Positions 33,737 to 44,456 of a DNA stretch of 64,000 nucleotides are shown here, one piece after another; within the stretch, counting starts at the first letter, position 1; each line of letters opens with the position of its first letter. Made by a program: the position numbers and the translations under genes. The notes beneath the pieces were generated by a model, which had not been told where the DNA came from, made no database searches, and saw only the letters and a program-made list of their open reading frames with translations. The DNA is from an uncultured delta proteobacterium (GTDB lineage: Bacteria > Desulfobacterota > Desulfuromonadia > Desulfuromonadales > JACZKF01), in the NCBI GenBank assembly GCA_963816395.1, contig CAWFKQ010000006.1, positions 96,001 through 160,000 of the forward strand. The letters are read 5' to 3'.

Positions 33737-34384
33737 TTACAAGGGCCGGAAATTACAGGCCTTGAGAGCGGAGAGAAGATCGGCGGCGGCAACCGCCGGG
33801 TCGGCGGCGCCGAGGATGGCCGAGATGCAGGCGATGCCGGCGGCGCCGGCGGCGAGGGTTGCGGGGAGATTCTCCGCCTTCACCCCGCCCAGGGCGAAGA
33901 CCGGCAGCGGCGCGGCGGCGCAGGCGCGGCGCAGGGCCTCCAGGCCGACCGGATTGCCGTAGGCGGCCTTGGCGGGGGTGAAATAAACCGGGCCGAAGGT
34001 GACGAAGTCGGCGCCGGCCGTGCGCGCCGCCGGCACCTCCGGCGGCGCATGCGTGGAAACGCCGATCAGGCGGTCGGGGCCGAGGAGGTGCCGAACTGCC
34101 GCGACCGGCAGCGAGCCGCCCCCCAGGTGCACCCCGTCGGCCTCGACCGCCAGCGCCACATCGATCCGCTCGTTGATCAGCAGCCGGGCAGCGAAGCGAC
34201 GGGTGAGGGCGCGCAGTTCCCGGGCCAGGTCGAAGAGCTCGCCGGCCGGCAGATCCTTCTCGCGCAGCTGCACCGCCCGTACCCCGCCCTCCAGCGCGCG
34301 GGCCACCGCCCGCGGCAGGTCGCCGTCCGGCACCTGCCGGCGGTCGGTGATGAGATAGAGAGCGAAGTCGATGGGGGCGGACAT
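33737..34384 (-). CDS. thiE: Thiamine-phosphate synthase
   Basis: QLREKD, DGVHLG, GVSTH and FALGG motifs; in the thi operon. Confidence 0.93.
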   Translation of the reverse strand: MSAPIDFALYLITDRRQVPDGDLPRAVARALEGGVRAVQLREKDLPAGELFDLARELRALTRRFAARLLINERIDVALAVEADGVHLGGGSLPVAAVRHLLGPDRLIGVSTHAPPEVPAARTAGADFVTFGPVYFTPAKAAYGNPVGLEALRRACAAAPLPVFALGGVKAENLPATLAAGAAGIACISAILGAADPAVAAADLLSALKACNFRPL

Positions 34385-34397
34385 GGTCTTTCAAGGG

Positions 34398-34488
34398 GTA
34401 GGGACGTGATTCATCACCCCGGGGCAGGAAACGTCCGGGACACGGAAAACGTCTGGTCCGCGGATCAGGGCAATGAATTTCGCCCTAC
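34398..34488. repeat. GTAG-type REP doublet (REPIN-like)
   Basis: GTAGGGACGTGATTCATCACCCC ... GGGCAATGAATTTCGCCCTAC in inverted orientation. Confidence 0.7.
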
Positions 34489-35619
34489 GAATTTATGCGC
34501 CGTCCGGTCGAGGAACGCCCCGTCCCAGTCCTTCCAGACCGCTTCATACCCCTTGGCGCGAATCATCCGGCTGACTTCCGCCGGGGTGCGGTCGTCGTCG
34601 ATGGCGAACTGGCGGGTGCTCTGCTCGCCGGTGGCATAACCGCCGGGGGCGGTGCAGGAGCCGGCGCTCATCTGGGTGATCCCCAGGGGGAGCAGATGGT
34701 CGCGCAGGCGGGCGCTTTCGCGGGTGGAGAGAACCAGCCCGGCATCGGGCAGGAGCAGGCGCAGAGCACAGATGAGCTGCACGAACTGGGGGTCGGGGAC
34801 GGGGTTCAGGGGGGCGAAACCGCCATCGGCGGGGCGGATGCGCGGGAAGGAGACGGAGACCAGGGAGCGCCAGAAATGCCGCGAGAGAAAAAGAGCGTGC
34901 AGGCCGACGAAAAAGGCTTCGGCGCGAAACTGCCCCAGGCCGAGCAGGGCGCCCAGGCCGATCCGGCGCAGCCCTGCCGCCCCGCCCCGTTCGGGGGTGA
35001 GCAGGCGCCAGTCGAAGTCCCGCTTGCGGCCGAAGGGATGCATCTCAGCATACAGGCGGCGGTCGTAGGTCTCCTGATAGATGGTCAGCCCGTCCACTCC
35101 GGCGTCCACCATCAGCCGGTAGCCGGCCTCGTCCATCGGGTAGACTTCGATGCCGACCGAGCTGAACAGCGGTCGAATGCGCCGCACCGCCGCCGCCAGG
35201 GCCTCGTTGTCCACCGCCCGCGGCAGCTCGCCGGTGACCAGCAGGACATGGCGGAATCCCTGCCGGTGCAGCACCAGCGCCTCCGCCTCGATCTCGTCCA
35301 GGGTCAGGGTGCGCCGCGGCACCTGGTTGCCGGCGTTGAAGCCGCAGTAGCGGCAGCCGTTGCTGCATTCGTTGGAGAGGTAGATGGGAGCATACATCAG
35401 GATGGTGCGCCCGAAGCGCTGCACGCTCAGACGGTGCGCCTGCTGGGCCATCGGCTCCAGGAACGCTTCCGCCGCCGGCGAGAGCAGGGCCATGAGATCC
35501 TCCGGCCGCCGCCGCTCGGCGCCTAAGGCCCGCTCCACGTCGCGGGGCGTTTTCCCCGCGATCTGCTCCAGGACGGTGTCGTAGTCGTAATTGCCGATTT
35601 CGTCGAGAAAGGTTGTCAT
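34465..35619 (-). CDS. thiH: 2-iminoacetate synthase (radical SAM)
   Basis: YAPIYLSNECSNGCRYCGF, YQETYD, LSTRE and AVWKDWD motifs. Confidence 0.96.
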   Translation of the reverse strand: MTTFLDEIGNYDYDTVLEQIAGKTPRDVERALGAERRRPEDLMALLSPAAEAFLEPMAQQAHRLSVQRFGRTILMYAPIYLSNECSNGCRYCGFNAGNQVPRRTLTLDEIEAEALVLHRQGFRHVLLVTGELPRAVDNEALAAAVRRIRPLFSSVGIEVYPMDEAGYRLMVDAGVDGLTIYQETYDRRLYAEMHPFGRKRDFDWRLLTPERGGAAGLRRIGLGALLGLGQFRAEAFFVGLHALFLSRHFWRSLVSVSFPRIRPADGGFAPLNPVPDPQFVQLICALRLLLPDAGLVLSTRESARLRDHLLPLGITQMSAGSCTAPGGYATGEQSTRQFAIDDDRTPAEVSRMIRAKGYEAVWKDWDGAFLDRTAHKFVGRNSLP

Positions 35620-35657
35620 AGCTGTACCTGCCTGCTGGTGAAAAATTCATCGGGCCG

Positions 35658-35694
35658 AAATCGGTCCGATCCGACTGATCGGTCGGATCGATTT
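35658..35694. repeat. Nonamer-period palindromic repeat (ATCGGTCCG ATCCGACTG ATCGGTCGG ATCG)
   Basis: Read directly between thiG and thiH. Confidence 0.6.
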
Positions 35695-36465
35695 TCAGCT
35701 TCGCAAAAACCCCGTCAGCGGGCTCGAGGCCGCGGCCTGCCGGCGCTCCTCCCCCAAACCGGCGAGATAGGCTTCGCGGCCGGCCTCTACCCCCTTGCGG
35801 AAAGCGGCGGCCATGCGCGCCGGGTCGGGGGAGACGGCCAGGGCGGTGTTGACCAGCACGGCGTCGGCGCCCATCTCCATCGCTTCGGCGGCGTGCGAGG
35901 GGGCGCCCAGACCGGCGTCGACCACCACCGGCACAGTGGCCTGCTCGATGATGATGGCGATCTGTTCACGGGTGCGCAGCCCCCGGTTGGTGCCGATGGG
36001 CGCGCCCAGCGGCATCACCGTGGCGGTGCCGACCTCCTGCAGGCGCTTGGCCAGCACCGGGTCGGCATTGATGTAGGGAAGGACGGTAAACCCTTCCTTG
36101 ACCAGGATCTGCGCCGCCTTGAGGGTCTCCACCGGGTCGGGCAGCAGGTAGTAGGGGTCGGGGGTGACTTCCAGCTTTACCCACGGCTCACAGCCGGCGG
36201 CCCGCGCCAGGCGCGCCAGGCGCACCGCCTCCTCGGCGTCGCGGGCACCGCTGGTGTTGGGCAGCAGCAGGTACTTATCCCGGTCGATATGCGCCAGCAT
36301 ATCGTCGCCGCGATTTTCGATATCCACCCGGCGCAGGGCAACGGTGACGATTTCGCACCCGGAAGCCGTCATCGCCGCCGCCATCACCGCGTTCGAAGCG
36401 AACTTGCCGGTGCCGACGAGAAGTCTTGATTTGAAGCGTCGTCCTGCAATAATGAGGTCGTCCAT
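35695..36465 (-). CDS. thiG: Thiazole synthase
   Basis: [29 protein letters not shown] and SSPLTG motifs. Confidence 0.97.
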   Translation of the reverse strand: MDDLIIAGRRFKSRLLVGTGKFASNAVMAAAMTASGCEIVTVALRRVDIENRGDDMLAHIDRDKYLLLPNTSGARDAEEAVRLARLARAAGCEPWVKLEVTPDPYYLLPDPVETLKAAQILVKEGFTVLPYINADPVLAKRLQEVGTATVMPLGAPIGTNRGLRTREQIAIIIEQATVPVVVDAGLGAPSHAAEAMEMGADAVLVNTALAVSPDPARMAAAFRKGVEAGREAYLAGLGEERRQAAASSPLTGFLRS

Positions 36466-36477
36466 GTCTAATTCCCC

Positions 36478-36541
36478 AATTTTGAATTCTGAATTTTGAA
36501 TTTTGAATTAATTGAACATTAAGAATTCAAAATTCAAAATT
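36478..36541. repeat. AT-rich heptamer inverted arrays (AATTTTG)4 / (AATTCAA)2
   Basis: Read directly, downstream of thiS. Confidence 0.9.
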
Positions 36542-36546
36542 GCTTT

Positions 36547-36747
36547 TCAGCCTCCGCCGACGAAATGCACGATCTCCAGCAATCGCCGTCGGTCAGCGCG
36601 GTCTCGGCGAAGCGGCTCTTCGGCAGGATGGCCCGGTTGAGCTCGACCGCCACCCGGTCGATCTCCATCTGCAGCGCTTCCAGAAGCGCCAGGACGGTTG
36701 CCCCGACTGGCCAACTCGCGTTCCTTGCCGTTGACAATGATCGTCAT
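36547..36747 (-). CDS. thiS: Sulfur carrier protein ThiS (two indels)
   Basis: MTIIVNG...VAVELN...LEIVHFVGGG*. Confidence 0.9.
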   Translation of the reverse strand: MTIIVNGKERELASRGNRPGASGSAADGDRPGGGRAQPGHPAEEPLRRDRADRRRLLEIVHFVGGG

Positions 36748-36772
36748 TTTTCCATCCCTTCCGGATTCTCGG

Positions 36773-36814
36773 TTTTGAACCTTATTCAAAATTCACCATT
36801 CAAAATTCAAAATC
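36773..36814. repeat. AT-rich heptamer array TTTTGAA...(ATTCAAA)4-like
   Basis: Read directly, upstream of thiS; same family as 36478-36541. Confidence 0.85.
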
Positions 36815-36817
36815 GCC

Positions 36818-37625
36818 TTACTCCGGTTCTTCCCCGAGCAGCAGGCGCAACACGGCATTGGCCTGGTGGTGCGCGGCCACGCCGACCCGCGGCGCCATCA
36901 GCCCCTCGCCGGGGCGGGCGGCGGAGTGGCCATCCCCCACCACGTAGAGATGGGTGGCCGCCCGCCGAGTGCAGACGGTATTGGCCGGACCGTACCCGGC
37001 CAGCCCCGAGGCCGCAACCAGAGGGACGCCGGGGACATGGGCGAGAAAGCTCTCGGCGAGCATCGCCTTCTGATCCGGCGCGTCAAAGGCCTCCACCATG
37101 ACGTCCACTCCGGCGAAGAGGGTCGGGACATTGTCCGGCGTGAGGCGGTCGTTGAAGGAGGTTACCTGAACATAGGGATTAACCCGGGCCAGGTTCTGCC
37201 GCAAGGCCTCCACCTTCGGCAGGCCGATCTGGTCGACGAAGTATTGCTGACGATTGAGATTGGAGGGTTCGACGACATCGAAATCGGCGATGATCAACTG
37301 CCCCGACGCCGACCCGGGCCAGAGCGATGGCGATAGCCGAACCCAGACCGCCGGCTCCCGCGATGCCGACGCTGGCGGCTCGGACCCGCTCGTGTACTCC
37401 GGGGGTATGGCGGGCGACCAGCAGCGCCTCCATTTCCTCCGGCGGCGGCTGCTCGCCGCGGCGGATCAGCACGACCCGATCCCCCTCGGCCAGGGGGCGG
37501 TTTTCCTGCACCGGAAAACCGTTGAAGATGAGGATGTCCGCACCAGGTTTGCAGCGTTGGCGCACGTGAAAGAGGGTGGTGCCCTCAGCGATTTCCATCG
37601 AAATTTCGTTGACCAGTATCTGCAT
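36818..37625 (-). CDS. thiF: ThiS adenylyltransferase ThiF with N-terminal ThiS-like domain (frameshift at about 37300)
   Basis: GIAGAGGLGS, DFDVVEPSNLNRQ and GLMAPRV motifs. Confidence 0.93.
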
Positions 37626-37656
37626 AAAAAACGAAAGGCCGCTAAAAAGCGGCCTT
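37626..37656 (-). terminator. TPP riboswitch expression-platform hairpin/terminator
   Basis: Minus strand AAGGCCGC-TTTTTA-GCGGCCTT followed by TCGTTTTTT. Confidence 0.75.
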
Positions 37657-37689
37657 CTTCGGGGGATATGCTCCCGTTTGTCGGATGCC

Positions 37690-37782
37690 GCTTCCCTACG
37701 CCGGTATGACCCGGATCAGGTTCAAAGGGTCACCATGCCGTGCGGCATGGCTCTCAGTAAAAATACTCCCCCAGGGCTTTGC
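37690..37782 (-). ncRNA. TPP riboswitch
   Basis: Minus strand GGGGAG...CTGAGA...ACCCTTTGAACCTGATCCGGGTCATACCGGCGTAGGGAAG upstream of thiF. Confidence 0.96.
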
Positions 37783-37927
37783 TATTCGGATGTTGGCTTG
37801 ATAAGCTAACAGCAGCCCCCGTGGTTGTCAACTCCTTTTCCGCCGGTCTTTTCCCGCGATTTCCGTTGTCTTGCCCGGTCTTTTCGCCTAATATTTTCAA
37901 TTTACGGCTGACTGTCAGAGAGGTCCC

Positions 37928-38245
37928 ATGAGCATTTCCGATCGTTACCGGCAACTGGCAGGGGAAGTCCACGCCTACTGGGAAGCGCTGCAGGCGGAAA
38001 TCGGCAGCGAAGGGAAAGAGGTAAGAATGGTCAGCAAGGCGGTCGAGGGGCTCGCCGAACTTAGCGAACAGGTAGGAGAGATCCCGCGCATTCGCCTGGA
38101 AGCCGAGCTTACCCCGGTTCTGCTCAAGGCACATACCAGTCTGGATAAAGCCCGGATCCTTTTCGAAGAGGCGGGAGCAGAAGAACGCGCCGTCGCCACC
38201 TGGGAGATGGAGCAGAAAATCTATCGGTTGTTGAATGATCTATGA
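37928..38245 (+). CDS. Helical hypothetical protein
   Basis: Intact 105-aa ORF with GAGG RBS. Confidence 0.7.
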   Translation: MSISDRYRQLAGEVHAYWEALQAEIGSEGKEVRMVSKAVEGLAELSEQVGEIPRIRLEAELTPVLLKAHTSLDKARILFEEAGAEERAVATWEMEQKIYRLLNDL

Positions 38246-38326
38246 AGGCTAGAGGCAAGAGGCTAGAGGCTAGAGGTGAAGGATCTGAAGTTCCCTCTTG
38301 CCTCTAGCCTCGTGCCTCTTCCCTAG
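38245..38326. repeat. Heptamer inverted arrays (TAGAGGC)n / (GCCTCTA)n
   Basis: GGCTAGA GGCAAGA GGCTAGA GGCTAGA GG ... CCTCTTG CCTCTAG CCTCGTG CCTCTTC CCTAG. Confidence 0.9.
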
Positions 38327-39798
38327 ACCTTTTCGATCGCCCGCCGCCAGCGCTCCAAAATAGCCTCCCGTTGATCGGCCGGCATCCGGGGCTCGAAGCG
38401 GCGGTCTTCCCGCCAGGCACGCCTGACTTCTTCCCGGCCGCTCCAGAATCCCGTCGCCAGGCCGGCCAGCAGGGCGGCGCCGAAGGCGGTGGTTTCCAGC
38501 AGCTGCGGCCGCACCACCGGCAGGCCGAGGAAATCGGCCTGGATCTGCATCAGCAGATCGTTGCGGGCGGCGCCGCCGTCCACCTTCAGCAGGGTCAGCG
38601 GCTTGCCCCGGTCTTCGGCCATTGCCGCAGCCAGGTCGACGATCTGCAGGGCGATCCCCTCCAGGGCGGCGCGCGCCAGGTGCGCCGCGGTCGTTCCCCG
38701 GGTGATGCCGGTGATGGCGCCGCGCGCTTCGCTCTTCCAGTGCGGGGCGCCGAGGCCCGTCAGAGCCGGGACGAAAACCACTTCGCCGCTGTCCGGCACC
38801 GAGGCGGCCAGCGCCTCGACATCGGCCGAGGACTGAAAAAGACCCAGACCGTCGCGCAGCCACTGCACCGCCGCCCCGGCGATGAAGGCGCTTCCTTCCA
38901 GGGCATAGGCCGTCTCGCCGGCGACCTGCCAGGCGACGGTGGTGAGCAGGCCGTGGCGGCTCTCGACGATTTCGCCGCCGGTATTTTCCAGCAGAAAGGC
39001 GCCGGTGCCGTAGGTGCACTTGCTTTCCCCGGGGACAAAGCAGGTCTGGCCGAACAGGGCGGCCTGCTGGTCGCCGGCCATGCCGCCTACCGGGATGCCG
39101 TCGGGAAGAACCTCCAGCCCCCGGGTGTGGCCGTAGATCTCGGAGGAGGGGCGGATTTCCGGCAGGAGCGGGCGGGGGACTTCCAGGTGCCCCAGCAGCT
39201 CCTCATCCCAGTCGAGGGTGCGCAGATCCATGAGCAGGGTGCGCGAGGCATTGGTGACATCGGTGACGTGCACGCCGCCGGTCAGCCGCCAGACCAGGAA
39301 GCTGTCGACGGTGCCGAAGGCCAGCTCGCCGGCCCGGGCGCGGCGGGCGAGGCCGCTCTCCCGCCGCAGTTGCCAGGCGAGCTTGGTGCCGGAGAAGTAG
39401 GGGTCGAAGAGGAGGCCGGTCTTCCGCCGGAAAAGCGGCTCCAGACCTTTCTCCCGCAGCTCCCGGCAGATGCCGGCGCTGCGGCGGTCCTGCCAGACGA
39501 TGGCGGGTCCGGAAGGCCGGCCGGAGGCGCGCTCCCACAAGAGGGTGGTTTCCCGCTGGTTGGTGATGCCGATGGCGGCCACCTGCCGCCCCTCCGCCCC
39601 GGCCCGTTCCAGGGCCCGGCGGATCGCCTGCAGGACGGAGAACCAGATTTCCTCCGGGTCGTGCTCGACCCACCCCGGCTGCGGGAAGTGCTGGGGGAAG
39701 TCGACGGTGGCCCGGCCGCGTACGGCCAGGGTGCGGTCGATCAGCAGGGCGGTGCTGCCGGTAGTGCCCTGATCGATGGCCAGAATAAATTCGCCCAT
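38323..39798 (-). CDS. glpK: Glycerol kinase
   Basis: [34 protein letters not shown] and VDGGA motifs. Confidence 0.97.
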   Translation of the reverse strand: MGEFILAIDQGTTGSTALLIDRTLAVRGRATVDFPQHFPQPGWVEHDPEEIWFSVLQAIRRALERAGAEGRQVAAIGITNQRETTLLWERASGRPSGPAIVWQDRRSAGICRELREKGLEPLFRRKTGLLFDPYFSGTKLAWQLRRESGLARRARAGELAFGTVDSFLVWRLTGGVHVTDVTNASRTLLMDLRTLDWDEELLGHLEVPRPLLPEIRPSSEIYGHTRGLEVLPDGIPVGGMAGDQQAALFGQTCFVPGESKCTYGTGAFLLENTGGEIVESRHGLLTTVAWQVAGETAYALEGSAFIAGAAVQWLRDGLGLFQSSADVEALAASVPDSGEVVFVPALTGLGAPHWKSEARGAITGITRGTTAAHLARAALEGIALQIVDLAAAMAEDRGKPLTLLKVDGGAARNDLLMQIQADFLGLPVVRPQLLETTAFGAALLAGLATGFWSGREEVRRAWREDRRFEPRMPADQREAILERWRRAIEKV

Positions 39799-39893
39799 GC
39801 TGCACCTCATGAAAACCGGGAAAGTTTTTCCCAGTATAGGGACGGCCCGGGGAAGCGTCAAGGCGGCCCCGTTCGCTTCCCTCCGGAGGAGAT

Positions 39894-41692
39894 ATGGCGA
39901 GATTCCTTTCCCTCCTGCTCCTGCTTCTCACCGCCGGCTGCGCCGGCCGGCCGGTACCGGCGCCGGAAGTCTTCCTGCAGGATACGCAGATCGGCACCGA
40001 TGCCGTCTGGCAAAAGCGGGTGATCATCGGTGGGACGGTCAAGGTGAGCCGGGGAGCGACCCTGACCATCCGCCCCGGGACCGAGGTCGTCTTTCTCCAC
40101 CGGGATCTGGATGGGGATGGTCTCGGCGACGCCTCCCTGCTGATTGAGGGAGCGCTGCACGCCGAAGGAAGCCGCGGGCAACCGATCCTCTTCCACAGTG
40201 CCGCCGCCGACCCGCATCCCGGGGACTGGCGGGGCATCCATTTCGTCTCCTCTGCCGACGTGCGCCTGCGCTGGTGCGAAATTGCCGATGCCGCCAGCGC
40301 CCTGTGGGCCGACTCCTCCCGGGGGACGGTGGAAGACTGCACGCTGCGCCACAACCTCGAGGGCAGCCGCCTGGAGCAGGCGACTTTCCTTTTCCGCAAC
40401 TGCCTGATCGAGGAAAACCGGGATCTCGGTATCGCAATGCGCGATTCGCAGGTGGAAATCGCGCGTTCCATTCTCCGCTACAACGGCGCCGCCATCGATC
40501 TCACCCTCGGCGGCGCCTGCCTCCTGCACGAGAATAACCTGTACGGCAACCGCCTGCCGCTCAGCCCGGAAGATCCCCTGGGCAACCTGCAGGCCTCCGG
40601 TAACTGGTGGGGCAATACCGGCCCGGCCGAGGGCGCTCACGCTGCGCAACCGGCCCAGCAGTGGGTGGCCGGAACCGGCCCGCGTGATGCGCTGCTCCTG
40701 CGCGAGGCCTGGCGTTTCAGTACCGACGGATTCGTCGATGCCGGTCCGGCGGCAGGGGCCGATGCGGTCTTCGTCCCGTCCTGGGACGGCCGGCTGTATG
40801 CCCTCGACAGCGGCGGGAAACTGCTGTGGAGCCGGCCGCTGGGGGATATTCTCGAGGCGAAGCCGGTGATCGACGGCGGGGCCGTCTATGTCCAGAGCTG
40901 GCAGCGGGAGGTCTACGCACTCGATTGCCATGACGGCCGGGAGGTCTGGCGGTTCACCTATCCCCCTTCGGCGGCCGATGATTACATCCAGGGGGGGCTG
41001 ATCGACGCCGGCGACCTGCTCCTGGTGCCGGGTTGGAATGGCAACCTGTACGCCCTGGACAAGGTGGACGGTGCCCGGCGCTGGCTGGCGCCGGCCGGTG
41101 AGCCGCTGCGCGTTGCGCCGGCAACTGACGGCGAGCGGGTCTATCAGGCCAGCGGCGCCGGGCTGATCACGGCCTGGAGCCTTGCCGGCAAGCGCCTCTG
41201 GCGCGCCGATTCCGGGGCCCCCCTGCTCGCCGCCCCGGCGATAACCCCGCAGGGGCCCGTGGCGGTCACCTGCGACGGAATTCTGGTCGCCTTCGACCGG
41301 CACGGCCGGGAGCGCTGGCGGCGCAAGCTGGGCGAAGCGTGTTTTTACGGCGCTCCGGTGTATCAGAACCGCGCCCTTTATCTCGGCACCTCCGAGGGGA
41401 CCGCTGTGGAAGCTGGAAGCGGACAGCGGCCGGGAAATCTGGCGGCTGCGGGCGACCGGCCCCATCCATGGCACCCCACTGTTGACCGATGGGCGAATCT
41501 TCATCGGCGACAGCAGCGGCAACCTGCTGGTGGTCGGGGCCGAAAGCGGCGAGCTGCTGGCGACCTTCCGAAGCGCCGGAGAAATCCGCGGCACACCCGT
41601 CATGTTCGACCGATCACCTGGTATTCGGTTCCCGCGATCACCGCGTCTATGCCCTGGATTTGATCGTTCCGGAAAAGGGCAGTGAGATATAG
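39894..41692 (+). CDS. Lipoprotein with right-handed beta-helix plus PQQ/BamB-like beta-propeller (indels at about 41400 and 41615)
   Basis: Lipobox [21 protein letters not shown] and NWWG beta-helix motifs; repeated DGRLYALD..G...W blades. Confidence 0.8.
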
Positions 41693-41886
41693 GGAGATAG
41701 ACAGCACTGTCCACCCCCTGACGATTTTCTTTTGTTAATTTTTACTAGCTCACCACTGACCACTTACTTACCCTTTCCTGGTTCCCAACCACCGGCAACA
41801 GGCCCTGTCAGGTGCCGGAGGTTGCAAACATCCGGTAGGGGGCTAAAGTTTCCTTAAGGGCATGAAGGCCTCGAAAGGAGAGGAAA

Positions 41887-42336
41887 ATGAAAGATTTCGC
41901 GCGCTTGCTGGTGCTGGCCGCCGGACTTCTGGTGCTTCTTCTGGCCGGCTGCGAGCAGAAGAAGGATGAGGGAGTTCGTACCACGATTTATGACAAGGCG
42001 AAACTGGCCGAGGGGCAGGGGGAGAAGGCGCCAGTACTGCTGCCGGTGCAACAGCAGGAATATCTCGATTCGGTGAAGAACCGGCTGGCCGATCTGGATA
42101 ACCGGATCGGGAAGCTGAAGGACAAGGTCGCGGCGCTTCCGGAGGCAGCCCGGAGTAAATTCACTGGCCAGATGGAGGAGTTGCGCAAAGAGCGGGAGCT
42201 GGCGAAGGAGAAATTCAGTCAGTTGCAGGAAGCCGGTACCGATGGTTGGCAGCAGGCGAAAGAGGCGATGGATGGCGCCATCAGCAAACTGGAAGAGAAT
42301 GTCAATCAGCTCACCATCCAGATGGAAAAGACCTGA
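41887..42336 (+). CDS. Coiled-coil lipoprotein, hypothetical
   Basis: Lipobox LAGC; helical, ending WQQAKEAMDGAISKL. Confidence 0.75.
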   Translation: MKDFARLLVLAAGLLVLLLAGCEQKKDEGVRTTIYDKAKLAEGQGEKAPVLLPVQQQEYLDSVKNRLADLDNRIGKLKDKVAALPEAARSKFTGQMEELRKERELAKEKFSQLQEAGTDGWQQAKEAMDGAISKLEENVNQLTIQMEKT

Positions 42337-42349
42337 AGCGGGACACCTG

Positions 42350-42996
42350 ATGCGGACTTGCATTACCCTGTTGATGATTCTGCTGGGGAGCGCGGCGGCA
42401 CTGGCGGCCGCTCCGGTCCGGGTGATCGATGATTTCGAAACCGGCCTCCTAATTCCCATTGGGAAGTAAAATCGTTCAAAGGACACACCGATTATCAGGT
42501 TGTTGCCGAAGCGGGCGGCCGGGTGCTGCAGGCGGTGAGCCGTGGGACTGCTTCCGGCCTGATTTACCGGATCGACTATGATCCGCATGATTTTCCGCTG
42601 CTGCACTGGCGCTGGAAAATCTCCAATGTGCTGGCCAAGGGAGATGCTGCCCGGAAAGAGGGGGATGATTATGCCGCACGGGTTTACGTCGTCTTTCCGC
42701 ACTGGTTCCCACTGAAAACCCGCAGCATCAACTATATCTGGGCCAATCGGCTGCCGCGGGGCGCATCCCTTCCCAACGCTTTTTTCAGCAGGGCGATGAT
42801 GCTGGCGGTGGAGAGCGGCACCGCCAAGGTGGGGCAGTGGGTAGAGGAGACGCGGAATGTCCGGGACGATTTCCGGCGCCTGTTCGGCGGCGAACCACCG
42901 GCGGTCGGCGCCATTGCCATCATGACCGATTCCGATAATACGGGCGAGGCGGCGACCGCCTGGTATGACGACCTGCGGATCGAAGCGCATCCGTAG
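42350..42996 (+). CDS. DUF3047 domain secreted protein (frameshift at about 42455)
   Basis: LHWRWKI, GDDYAARVYV, INYIW and AIMTDSDNT motifs. Confidence 0.85.
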
Positions 42997-43051
42997 GCCT
43001 GCTATTTATTGCGCCCCTGAGAAACCGAGGGAGGGGAGAAAGGGGGCGGTC

Positions 43052-43237
43052 ATGTCCCTGGTCAAAACCTGGTACACGCCGGAAGAGGCGGAGGAGAAAT
43101 TCGGGATCAAGAAGGGCAGGATCCTGGAATGGGTCGATGAAGGACTGGTTCGCTGCGAACGGGAGAACGGCCGGGTGGCGCGGGTGAATATCGACGACGT
43201 CCAGCTCCAGGCGGACAGCCTGGTCCGGGAATCGTAA
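43052..43237 (+). CDS. Small MerR/excisionase-like HTH protein
   Basis: MSLVKTWYTPEEAEEKFGI...ILEWVDEGLV. Confidence 0.7.
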   Translation: MSLVKTWYTPEEAEEKFGIKKGRILEWVDEGLVRCERENGRVARVNIDDVQLQADSLVRES

Positions 43238-44452
43238 ATGGCGGGAGAGCGGTTGGATGTGGCGGTCATCGGCGGCGGCATCGTCGGTACCGCCACGGCC
43301 CTGGCCCTGGCCGAAGCGGCACCGGGACTCTCCCTGGCGGTGCTGGAGAAAGAGCGCCGCCTGGCTGCCCACCAGACCGGCAACAACAGCGGGGTCATTC
43401 ACTCGGGACTCTATTACCGCCCCGGATCATTGAAGGCCGCCAATTGTCTCGCCGGACGCGATGCCCTGTACGAATTCTGCCGGCGGTGGCAACTGCCGCA
43501 CGAGCGCTGCGGCAAGGTGGTCATCGCCGTTCGTGAAGAGGAGCTGCCCGCCCTGGCGGAACTGGAACGGCGGGGGCGGGAGAACGGCCTGCAGGGTCTG
43601 GAGCGCCTCGATGCCGGGCAGATCCGTCAGGTCGAGCCGCACGGCGCGGGTATTGCCGGGCTGTGGGTGCCGGAAACCGGGATCGTCGATTACGTCCGCG
43701 TGACCGAATGTCTCGCCGCGCGGGTGCGGGAGCGGGGAGGGGAGATTCGCACCGGCGCCCGGGTCTGGGGGGTGCGCCGGGAGATCGGCGGGTTTCGCCT
43801 GTTGACCACGGCCGGAACCGTTTCCTGCCGGGGCCTGGTCAATTGCGCCGGGCTGCAGAGCGACCGGGTGGCGCGGCTGTGCGGCATCGACCCGGGGGTG
43901 CGGATCGTCCCCTTCCGCGGCGAGTACTACCGGCTGCGTCCGGAGCGCCGCACCCTGGTCCGGAACCTGATCTATCCCGTTCCCGATCCGGCCCTGCCGT
44001 TTCTCGGCGTCCACTTCACCCGCATGATCGACGGCGAGGTGGAGGCCGGCCCGAACGCTGTCCTCGCCCTGAAACGGGAGGGTTACGGCCGCTTCAGCTT
44101 TTCCCTGCGCGATACTCTTGAGACCCTCACCTATACGGGATTCTGGCGTCTGGCCGGCGGCTACCTGGCCACCGGTCTGAAGGAATACTGGCGCTCATTG
44201 TCCAAGGATGCCTTCGTGCGCGAGTTGCAGCGGCTGCTGCCGGAAATTCGGAGAGATGATCTGGCCCGCGGCGGGGCCGGAGTGCGAGCCCAGGCGGTGG
44301 CGGCCGACGGCAGGCTGCTCGACGACTTCCATATCGCCGAAGGGGAGGGGATGGTCCATGTCCTCAATGCCCCCTCGCCGGCGGCGACCGCCGCCATCAG
44401 CATCGGCCGCACGGTGGCGGAGCGGGCGCGGCAGGCTTTCGGCTTGGGGTAA
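43238..44452 (+). CDS. lhgO: L-2-hydroxyglutarate oxidase
   Basis: IGGGIVG, HQTGNNSGVIHSGLYY, PFLGVHFT and NAPSPAATA motifs. Confidence 0.95.
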   Translation: MAGERLDVAVIGGGIVGTATALALAEAAPGLSLAVLEKERRLAAHQTGNNSGVIHSGLYYRPGSLKAANCLAGRDALYEFCRRWQLPHERCGKVVIAVREEELPALAELERRGRENGLQGLERLDAGQIRQVEPHGAGIAGLWVPETGIVDYVRVTECLAARVRERGGEIRTGARVWGVRREIGGFRLLTTAGTVSCRGLVNCAGLQSDRVARLCGIDPGVRIVPFRGEYYRLRPERRTLVRNLIYPVPDPALPFLGVHFTRMIDGEVEAGPNAVLALKREGYGRFSFSLRDTLETLTYTGFWRLAGGYLATGLKEYWRSLSKDAFVRELQRLLPEIRRDDLARGGAGVRAQAVAADGRLLDDFHIAEGEGMVHVLNAPSPAATAAISIGRTVAERARQAFGLG

Positions 44453-44456
44453 GGGC

